Positions 24,801 to 36,800 of a stretch of 64,000 bases of DNA are shown piece by piece (positions within the stretch are counted from its first letter, which is position 1; each line of letters begins with the position of its first letter). Location: NCBI GenBank assembly GCA_040954595.2, contig CM082576.2:14573129-14637128 (forward strand), given 5' to 3'. The position numbers and the translations under genes are program-made. The stretch comes from Balanoglossus misakiensis (taxonomy: Eukaryota; Animalia; Hemichordata). A model generated the notes under the pieces. The model saw only the letters and a list, made by a program, of their open reading frames with translations. It was not told the origin of the DNA and did not search any database.

Positions 24801-27800
24801 CAAACAAAACAGAATCCATTGCGTTACAATACATAATCATTAAGTTTTTTTATTCTAACTATGGGGGAAATATGATTTGGTGTAATATGGAAACATCACA
24901 GTCTTTTACATTATTTCTTTCCTTCGAAAACGTGATTTGATGTAAGATTGAAAAAAGTCTGTAACAATATTGACGGTATCATCAAATATGCACATGCAAA
25001 ATTAATTGAGCGCAAGCATGTACTTACTTGGGTGGTTTTTCGACTGTTCTGTAGGTATTGAAGGCATAGAGCTGTTGCTGTACCCCCTGTAAGGAGTTAG
25101 CAAAGGTCCTGTCATTGAGAATGGCAACCGTCTGTTCAATCCATTGCAGCAAGTTGGATGCAATCTTGTCATATTCGTCTTGCAGTTTCTCATTCTCAAT
25201 GGCACCAATGACAACCTTGCCAATACGACGTCCGGATACAGTCTCTACCTTCATCTTGGAGAAGAAGTGGTAATAGGTCACCACGTAGGTGATGATGGAT
25301 CTCTCATCGGGATGTTCCACTGTAACATCTGTAACAAAGAAATAACCAAACGATGATTTTCCGCTCATTGTGAGATCTAGCGAGACTTGGTTAATAACCA
25401 TAGAAGCGGGTTGCAAGACAGGTAATGCAGGTCAAGCTTTCTATGAAACTAGAATAGGTGGAGAGTTCTCATGTGTCAAACAGAGAATACACATTATACC
25501 ATCTTGTGTTTATTCCTTCATTTTGGTTGTTGATATACTGTAAATTCATCTTTTTTATGGGTGACAGGTAAGAAATTTGCTTTGTAAACAGAAACAGGCA
25601 TTTAAAGAAAATATAATTGGTAAAGAAAATCAATTATGAGTTCTCCTTAAAGATCTTGATAGACTACATATGGGAGATTCTCTATCTTTGCTCAAGCTAA
25701 TTATGCCTACATTAGCATAATTTGTGATAAATTATCAATCCCATTCTAAGATGGCGTACATATCACAGGACATAATAAAACTTGAGATAAACTGTCTTTA
25801 ATTAAGCAACACTGCTGGCTTTCAAACTAATTAACACTAAGTGCTAACATCATTCTAAATTTCACACCACTGTGATATAAATGTTGGTGGCATGGTCATT
25901 GTTGACAGCCCAGCCCCCACAAAATTCCCTTCTCGTGATCTCAAAATGACTTCTCAGACTTATAACAGCATCTGGTCAAGCTACATGTATAGGCTATGAA
26001 TCAGATATTAGAAAAGCTCTCAGCAGAAATCATGGTCAAATATTATCATACAGCCATTTCATTCTGAAGAGAGAGACTCTAATCTAATTGTTTAGACAGA
26101 TGTCATGTTTCAGTACTACTCCACCATGAGCAGAGACAGAGCAACATTTCCTGTGTGACAATGCAACATCTCTCACCAATTACAGAACAATCCTGTTGGA
26201 CTGTAATAATTGTTAGGTCGATTGCCAATTAGCCATCCAAGTTTCAAACACAATAACTGTAATAATAGTGTACTCATCAAGTTGTTTTATTGTTTACATT
26301 TAAAAAAAGGAAATTTTGGTTCTCAAAATCGGAAAAATGCCAAAGAAGGTAGGGCAGGTCAACCCATATTGTAGCAAAACTGAAGATGGTCTTAATGGGA
26401 CTTTCAAAGCCAATGGTTAATTTCTATTAACAGTTTTACAGTTTGCTAAATGGAATGCATGAACTTAACATTGAGGTTTAAATGACTGAAGCTGCATTTC
26501 ATTATAGGACAGTACTGGGGTGGGGGTGTAGATTTCTAGGAAGGATTGAGAATGTCACGAAAAAATTGAGAAAACCAACCTTCGGGGTCAAGCAGTTTAG
26601 TGAGTCCAAGTCTCTGCTCAGCAACATTGAAAGCATTGTTGAGGTTGTAGACAGCGTTGGTTTTCTGCAGTTTATTATACTCGATGAGGTCTGGCCGGTG
26701 TTTGTGGATGAGTGCGTTGAAGGCCAAACCGTCTCTCCAACTGGTGGTGAAGTTGCGGATGTTGACGTTGCTGTATCCAGCCGTCTTCATCTGGCACCAC
26801 AGTAACAGGGCGTCCTTGGCCGATTTGGTCTCTTGGTTGTCTTCCATCTCAAAACTGATGTCTTGGATCTGCAACACAGACAAAATCATCAACATCAGGG
26901 AAACAGTCCAACTAACTGACCTCTCCGGAGGACGGGGGCGATTGCCAAGCACGCTGTTGTTGGAAATGTCGACAATAGAGTAAAACTGCTGTCATAAGGG
27001 ATGTCATCTTCATAACAAATATGTGGTATTTCACATATTGATGGAAAATAACAAACCTTCTTCTTGAGTTGCATGAACATGGTTAAGATGGTTGTACACA
27101 GTCCTTCAAGAATACAGATATCTCGTTCACTAATTCAGTACAAATGATTTTGCTGAGCTACTCTGATCAGCCGAGGTAGTTTTTTTTGAAGTTATCATAC
27201 AGATAATTAAAAAGCCACTATATACAATTACAACACGATGAAGAAATGAAGTAGGCTGAAGTTGGCGTCAAAGGCGACTGTACAGAGAGACAGCTGGTTG
27301 AGCCAAACTCTTTGTCACCACATCAATCAGGCGACATCAATATCATAAAACTACACTTGCAATTTATTCAAAACGATATTAAATCATGGGGTGTTTGGGG
27401 GGTTTTCCTGAAAAAAGTATAAAATGCTTGATGATATTTCAAGAAGTTATTGTCAGCAAAAACAGCTGTCGCTTTGTTTTTGCCCATTCTTGAAAACAGC
27501 TTCATCTATTTCATGGACAGTGCCGGAAAATAAGACTTCCCCTGGTTGCCAGTCGGGAAATGAGTTTAAATGCTCAATAAAAGGGTCACAAGGTCGACAG
27601 AGTTCCACAATTCTGAATTTCATTTAACATTGTCATAAATAATACTGAAGATAACTTATAAGCTCGAGTTTTCGGAACACACACTATGTTGGATTTTCAG
27701 GACCCACCTTGAAAGGTAAAAATAAATGTATTTTCTTGAAGTTTTTTTTAAAGAAAAATATTTGCCAATAGAGAGACAGGAATCGATTATAAGGAAAGCT

Positions 27801-30800
27801 AATCATGTTCATACATTATGCATTCAAAAATGACACATAAGGTCAGATTCAAGCACAATGACATTTTCAATGTGAGTCTAGTGTTAGTAGAAGCCTTGAC
27901 AGATCATGTGAAATCATCTGGCCACCTGACTCCATAATAGGCGTCTCCCATTATGACATGAGACCTCTGAATATATAAATCATGAATAGAAATTATAGAA
28001 TTGATACCATCGGAAACAGGCGACAAGAGTCTGTCGCACAGAGGCATTAAGTCTAAATGCACAAGCATTGGAAGGAAGAGGTTTTCTTTGTGATGAGACT
28101 TTGATGGCTCTGACAGGACAGGATATCATATAAATGATTGCATTTTGATTAACAATGGAGCTATCCAACGCTATTGGCTGGAAACAACCAATATGTATCA
28201 TAATTACATTATGTTTACTGAAAATGAAAGTCAGTCTAGGAGAAGTATTTTGAGACTAACATACTTGGAACCTTAAGATGATAGTCCAGATGAGACCCAA
28301 TGTCAGTCTTTGATTTCCATCTGTGATGTCGTGGGAACCCATGTTTTCCAGATGCACTCGTTTCTCTTTGAGGAATGTCAGTGCTTTGTCAACATTCTCG
28401 AGGCAGTGAATACGCATCTTTCCTTTGGTTGGTTTGGGCTAGAAATAACACATAACATAAGGTGAGATGATTTTCTTTGTATATCCTCCTGTACTGAGAG
28501 TTATGTGTATAAACTAACATGCTTTCTACCATCGTAAAATTGGTATAACCTTTTTGGAAAAATCACTATAGAAAGGCTCTAATGGTCACTATGGGTAGTT
28601 TGTTTGCCACAGCTAAACTTCTACTGGAGCAAGCAATGTTCAATCTTCACCAAATGAATCTAAATTGACAACTAAAATTTAAAATTCACTGAAAATACTT
28701 TTGGTTCTGCTTCAAACTTAATTTGTCAAATTCTGTATTTGGCAAATATCACCCACAGGACCCTTAACAGTGAGTTCACAAAACAGGAGTGTCACTCTGA
28801 CCCTCAAAGAGCCCCCCCCCCCCCCCCCTGGCTAAAATTTGCTTAGACTTAGAGGCAATAGCAGTTGACAGCAAGTACATATTACAGTATTGCACCAAAG
28901 AACAACGATGTATGTAAATTTTATATTTACTGATGAAGTTGAGTTAGCAAAAAACCTACCAGTCTCTCTCCAGACAACACCTCAAGCAGTTTGATCAACA
29001 TCTTGCCATCTCGTAAGTCGGTGTACAGGTCTGCAATACGGCAGGACACCCGTTGTAGATGTGAATTCACCCATTTGGTAAATGTCTTCTTTTGTACCAA
29101 TTCACGCTCATCTGGAATTGGAAGAAGCGAACAAGGAGAGAGTTGAGACACATGGACTTGTAACATGACATTTCAGAAAATGTGTTTGCAACCAATCAGA
29201 TTGCTGTGAATAGGTAAAACTTGATACATAGTACAGGTACTTACCAAGTGTTGAAAATTGAAGGCAATGCATATGCACTCCGTACCCCAAGATGATTCAT
29301 TGCCTCTTAACAAATACACTAAGACATACTTACTGTACCAACCAGGTTGACTGCAATACATGGTGCCATGGCGTAAAACACAGATAACAGTTTAAAGTCA
29401 AACGAGTAATGTATGTTTTGTATAAACAGAATGACAAGGTTTGGCATTTGACCTTTTGATCATTTTTGACTGCAAGTATTTAACCACAATTCAAACATCA
29501 AACGGGACCATTTGCCATTTTATTATTTCAAAGTGGCTACTGCTACTAGAGTATCACTACGTGTACATCTTACATGTACTCAGTCTAGGTGTCTTGTCTA
29601 TTGCTTGAAATGCTAAGAAATGATTTATCATTATATAACACTGGCTTCTCAAGTCTTATCACCCCCTCCAAGAGTTCAAAGAAAACAGGTATATAGGTAC
29701 TATGTTACATGTCAAAGCACCAATTTGTTAACAAGGATTACCTCTGGGTTATTATTAACCCAATAAAACAAGGTCTGTCCTGCTGCTAAAGCTTGAATGT
29801 AGCGTGTTTACAGTCTGTCTGAAATATCTTGTTATGGACAAACGGATATAATTTAAAGTGTCAGAATTGTGCATTTTTAAAATGTTTTACTTTTAAATTA
29901 TCTGACAGATGTGGGTACACGTATGGATCTTTTGCTATTTATTGGTAATTGGAGAGAGAATTAAGTTATGAGACCAAAACACTCCAGCAAAGGAAAGAGG
30001 TGACAAGGGTCACGTAAGGACAGCACTAATCCCACTAATAAAACATAATTCTGGTTAGCATAAAAAAAATCCAAGTTTTAACTCTTAACAAAGTGCTTTT
30101 GTTTTTCCTGACTATATTGTATACACTAAAATATCTGAAAATGCAAGATATTCTGAATTACAACAGTTAAGGATATTATCATGTGTCCTGTATTGATAAT
30201 ACCTAATCTAATGCTACCAATTTATAACAGGTACGCCATGGTGACTCTTCAACTTGTATTAACGCACATGGTACTGCACAGAGCTGGCACGTAAGCACAC
30301 AATGTATTACTGTGAACCAAATACTATCTGTGTCTTCTTACCTTGAGATTTTCGAATCAGGTATTCCATGTACCTGTTTTCTAATGATCCTGAAACTCTG
30401 ACACTCATTGCAGTAGCATCGAGCTGTTGACGGCCAGACCGCTGTACGAACAGACTAATTTACACTAAACAGCAGGTCCCTAATAACTTCCTTGCAGGTT
30501 TATCGGCCTAATGAAGTCACATACACCTCTCCAGAATTTAAGTAACCACCACCGAACTCTACAATCACATTCACATATTTCTGCTCACAAGAGTTGGTAT
30601 ATTTTATAAAATTGTCCCCGCCACTTTTGACTCCAGGTGAACCGCACATACATAAATCTTGTTGAATATTTGATGTTTTATCACTGGCGGGGACAGATTG
30701 GGTCACTGCCACCAATTTTTACATCAATCGCTCTAATGAACAGCGTAATCCTAACAGATTCTGCTACATCATTAGTATTACACCGAGGGCACTATTTAGC

Positions 30801-33800
30801 AGTGTTACTGGCTACATTTTGTACATTTGTAAAACATAAATTCATATTCATTCACCTGAGCAACCCCTGCACCCTGAATGGTAGAGTCTAGATTTCTTGT
30901 CAGCCACACTGCAGACTGCATGTCCTAAACTGGTACAGAGACATTTGAACTTTGGTGGCAGCTTGGGGTCAAAATACTCAACCACCACATTTGAACACAA
31001 TGGTCCCACTATACAAATTCAGCAGGTACAAGTAACAAGCGGTTTTTAAAAAAATACAGCCGGGAAACTGATCTGACAACGCAAGAATTTGTTTTTATTT
31101 CCCTTAGGGTCAACTACCTTTGCAATGCTTATCAATATCTTGGAAATAACACATCAACACAGTCTACTAATATAGAAAAATCATAGATATTAGCTTTTAT
31201 TACTATTTATATAAATGATAACTTACAAAGTGGTTATCACTGGCTTAATGTCCTAAAATTTGGCAATTCATTGCTCATTATGACAAACACTAAAGTAAGA
31301 GTCCGATAAGGATGTATATTATATTGATGGGTACATAACTTACAAGATAGACAAACACTGTCTCAACACTAGAGGGCTCCTGCTGTAGAACTGGTGTTAC
31401 TTTCATTTATTTTACAGAATTATTATTGGCACACTGTATTTGAACAGTGGTTATATCAGACATACTAGCATCCACTCAAAATTGTTTGTTTGAATATTTT
31501 TGGCTTGAAAGATAGGGTTTTTTAACACTTGATGAAAATCACGTTCAGATTTGTTTTTCTATCACTTAACACCCCCGCTTCCTCAAAGGTTAAAGACTTT
31601 ACACGTAGCCAGGCAGGGCATTAAACTGTGACAAAAAACACTTGTCAACTGGTAAATATATAACTAAAACACCAATAAATATATTTTGGACATTGACAGG
31701 TTGTTGAACACACACAGACAGTCTGCCACATGAGGGAGATAGTGGACCAAGTGAATGCAAATGGAAATGAAGGTAAGCCAATGTACTAGTACTTCAACTT
31801 TATCAATGTCATGCGGACAAAATGAGATGCAAACAGATACAGTCATGATTTGCAAAGCTTTCTTATCAATTTATTTTGTGATCCAAGTACAGCTTTGCAT
31901 GCAAGTACATGCGTATCAACCACTGAAGCGTTTCAAGCTCAATATGACATTGGAATAAATTTGCGTATGTCACCAGAAGTCTGGCTGAATTTTAACTTTT
32001 GGTTGATAATCTCCAAGATTATAGCAGCTCTGAGACCACAACATTCTTTTTCATAATTTCAACTTATTATGAAATGACATTCTTGAGTCATGCTTCTGAT
32101 ACTTTTAGTACACTAGCTAGTATCAAGTTCGATTTTCTCCTTAGCTGAACATTTCTATAAGTAAAAGCCACTACACAGTCACTACTGACATGAACACTGA
32201 ATCCAGCATAGCTTTTGACCCTAAATGTTTATTATCAAGGCATTTTCCATATAAGGCAGCGCAATACAAGAAGGTCATGACCTTCTAACCTTTGCCCTTC
32301 ATGCAGAAGCCAACAGCCCCCTGTATTTGAAGGCAGTACCACCATTCTTGTTGAATTTATAGTGTACACTGACTTTAATAATCCATGCTAATAACACAAT
32401 CATGGCCCACAAAATGTCATTAAGAAAGATGGCTTCCCCCATGCAGTGCCATTAATATTTCATGAAGAGATTAGCTGAATTTAATATTAATTTTTCACCT
32501 TTTGTGACCAGTACATAATCTAACATATTCTCCTTAGGTTCAGTCGTTTCAAGGCATATAAAACTTGACTGAATCTGCAGTTACATGTCTTGTTTAAATA
32601 ACATATTGCAAACAAATACAGAAACCAACGCCCTAAATATTTTGGATGACTTCATTGTCAATCTGAGAACAGGTATACACTGACACAGTGTTTTATGTTC
32701 ACCATCTCTGGATGTGGAGTGAAATTTTGGCAAGCAGTTGTTTTCATTAACCGTCTGAAAATACTAGCAATGCAAGGATAAATCACCACAATCATGTTTA
32801 ACAACACATATTTTTGTGTACAAAACAAGTAAAATATCTCCAACTTAGAATATGCCATCTCCTTTGCAAGACAGGTACAAATGTTCACAATGTACATAAC
32901 AGCCTATTACAAGTCTGTTTGCCTGACCATCACCATAATAGGTTTACAATTCAAGATTTATGTATCTATGGTATCAGACACATAGTTTGTCTTCTGGGCT
33001 AGTTAGAGAAATGAATTGGGCAACCCCTATTGACAGGCCTTCCAGCTAAGTGATTGGTGAAATACCTCATGCATTCTGATGTGATGTCTACATCTCGTAT
33101 GCATGTATATCAACAATGAGGGCGCTATAATCTCAGGGCGTGTCTTCTCTGAAATACTATTTGCAAATGCCCGACATTTCACTACAAAATTGTGTCAATA
33201 GACTCAAATGTGACTTTGAACAACACAAAAGGATAAACACATACAATATTTCAAGGTGTAATGTTTAACTTGCATTATTTGCAAATTCAGAATTCTATGA
33301 AATTGAGGAACGATATGCATTAATATGATCAACGAAAGTGATGCTGGTTTCTTGACATGGATCATCAAACAAAAACTGCAAAATTTCATAATGAAAAAAT
33401 CAAATGGGTCAACATAAACATTATCTGTTAGTCAACACATAAAATACTTGACATGAAACCTTGTTTCAGTTGTTTACCATGAACTGTCTGGTTACCAGAG
33501 ATGAATAAAATCTAACCTTCAGATAACTGTGTATGGTATGCGTCTCACTAAAATGCCTGACATTTTCCGTGTCTACTAAATTTGCTGAAGAAGCTCAGAC
33601 ACTTGTAACTAAAATGTATTCTATTTTCTGATCAGTTTTATAAATTAGTCTGATCATTACGAGTGCAAAGAATTCTTGAGATGACTATGTTTGTGTGAAA
33701 TAATGAAAGTTAAATTCACAAAACACAGCATCAAAAGGTTAGCTGAAGCAATATATCCACCGAGAGATTATCTGTTCACTATGAACAGCACAGACACAGG

Positions 33801-36800
33801 GTAAGGCTGCCCTGGATATGAGAGCGCCTGATCTTGCCTGTTTCACCTTTACTACATTCAGAGACTACCAGCAAATTGTGTGATGTTAAAACATGTATAA
33901 TTGATGAATATGACACAAATGTAGAATATAGAAGTATTTTTTCTGGGAAAATGTCACTATTGATGATGCATTCAACCATTGACTATTCATTTTCACAAGG
34001 CTAAAAGTGACAGGCCATTTACCTTCTATATTGGCAGTTTAAAGTTCCCTTGGTCAGAAAGTGACATTGAATAATTGAAGGGACGGGTTAGGAACAGACA
34101 AGACAATCACCCATATCCAAGTTGATCCTTCAATTACTTTTCTTTCGATGGTTTTCAGACATATCATTAGGAAAATACCTGATTACCTGAATGTATGGCA
34201 GGTGGATCATTTATTATGCAAGATTGAGACACACTGCTGAAAAGTCATAAATTTCATTTAATGCATTTGTATGCATGTACTATCTGTTGACACTTCGATT
34301 CCAGAGAGAATCAATGGTAGTCTTAAATATACATTTTCAGATTTGACCAATGTAACAACGGTCCTTATTTGTTGGGCAGAAATTATCCCCAATATCTATT
34401 ATTGTACATAAATAGTATTACATGTACATCTGAAACTAGTTGAACAAGATCTGATTCTGGCCACGCCATGTTTTTATGGCCGATTTTCTATAGCTAAGGT
34501 GCCAGTAATGTGAAAATTGTCTTGTGAAAATTGTTTTGTTCAAATAAGAAAATTCAGTCTGATTACAGATACTGGTCAAATTACACATACAATTGAAAGA
34601 CATCACAGCCAGAAATCAAATTATGCAATTCCAAACAGGTTTAGACGCTGACAATTTTTTTACTGGAGACTTGGTTGTCATCTTGCCATGGAAAAAAGAC
34701 ACTTTATATTATCATGTTTCTATTTTGGATGAAAAGTCCTCAATGCTTTCAGTTTCTGGACAGTCAGTACATCATCACATGATCTTGAGCCATCCTTGCA
34801 GTTGCATTCAAACTACAATCTGTTAGCATCACTTTCCATCATGATAAGGCTATACAATCCTCAATAAACAGTGCACGCATTCAAACACACAAAGGAGCCA
34901 TTTTCAGACCCTCAACTATCATCTCTGTCCTTGGCTATGTGGGTGGAAGGTCACTTCATGTCATTTCAGATTTTTGCCCAGAAATAAACTCTTAGTTTAA
35001 AACATGTTAAGAATGTGTATATTTTTAATGTATTTATCAATTTTTAAGATGCATAGTCTGTAATGTTGTAACAGTGGATCAGTTTCACAGGATATTTCAA
35101 TTGACCACACCTCTTTCTTCCTGTTTTGCACATGAACAGTCACAAACACACCAAACGTACTTAAAAATTCAAAAAGCAACCTGGTTTCACTTTCTAAATA
35201 TTGTATGCAATGGAATTTTCTTTTCCAAATATTGCATCTTATGATAAAAGCAGCAAAACCTAGATATGTTTTACTAAGTATGTTTAAAAATTAGGTAACC
35301 TGTTGAAAAACGAAAGACATGATTTTTACGGTTCATTTGCTGGTATAAATCACACGTAATAAGCAGTGGGTTCGTAATAAGGTAAACTCAGCATCTTTCA
35401 ATGCGCTGGAAAGTGCTAATTTTATGCCAAGCCACTTTCAACCCACACAAACACGAAACAGCCATATTGAAAAGGTGTAAGGTCGAAGCAGCCAGGGTAG
35501 GGGTTAGACTTGATTGTCTCTTTTGTATTCCCCCTTCTTCAGACATCCTAAAATGGCTTGTTGTCGGGGACAGCGAGCTAGCAGGCAATAAAAGAGCAGA
35601 ATACATTGAGTGTTCTTTGACATGCAAAATACTGACACTGAGAGGTGAACAAACTCCAATCATTATTAGGCCACCAGGGATTTGAAGAGGTTTCTTTTGC
35701 CTACATGTAACAATTGAAATGTCAGACAGATGTTGAGCAATGTGTGGTGAAGGAATGAGTTACCTCATGCAGGGCAATGACATGTTGATTTAGCGCCGCA
35801 AAATTGAGCAAAATATATCAAATAAACAAAACCATAATAATTTAATCAAATAAACATAACCATAATTTAATCTCTCTTCCTGCAGTGTCAAATTAATTCA
35901 CCCATAGTCAAGTAAATAAACTTTTTTTTCAATCAACAGCATATTCTGTAGTTGAATATAATTAACAGTGGAAAGTGTAGGCTGTGTGAAACCCTTCATT
36001 CCCCAGGGCTGGCCTCTTCTGTCGAGTATCATTACAAAATTAACAGAGAGAAAATTGTTAAAAGTCACATAGCTTAATGTCACCTTCCGCCACAACGCCA
36101 CAGATGACCATAAATTCTGTCTGCAAGTAATTTAGAGCCGATTTAATTTCCAGCTCACATTCTGAATTGGACTTCAGAGCATTAGTGGAAATAACGAGTG
36201 TCAGATACGGGAATGGTAATGGGCATTTGGTTTTCAGTTTCTGGGTGTTGTCCAAGGTACCCACCACGATTAGCTTAGCTTGTAAATAAAATGTATGGTT
36301 GACATTGAACTGTAAGTAGGGCTGTCTGCATTGGCAATCAGGTCTCTATGGAAACTCACCTGTCAAATGACATGGTTAGTGCTACTCAAGTGCAGTTAGA
36401 TTACATACTCTTAGACTCTGTCAAGGCAATTTTTGCATACATCACCAGACTGCAGTACCTGAATTATGTCTCAATCAAGAAACAGCGAACTGTAAATAGA
36501 ACTTGAGAGCAGCAGGGTGTTTTATGAGTGTTAGAAAACATAGAGGCAGCAGTATGTTGATATTAGAACATTGATTCGATTCATACCAACAGACACAACC
36601 GACTCATATATACTTCATATACTGTTATACATCAAAAAGTTTATTATCACATTCTCAATCTGCCATGCTTTTATGGAGGATTAGGGATTTCCATTCTTGA
36701 AAACAAAAGGTCAGCTCCAACTTGTAAGCATAGGGGAAAGTTGTCCCTGAGTCAGCTATGACTGTATCAGAAAACTATGTGCGCATTGGTGATAGAATAA

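Noticed and set aside
4686-26983. Plus-strand ORFs overlapping spectrin exons (e.g. 4691-5152, 5400-5804, 9285-9731, 13956-14312, 26657-26983)
   Set aside because: Antisense shadows of minus-strand exons with no recognisable protein features
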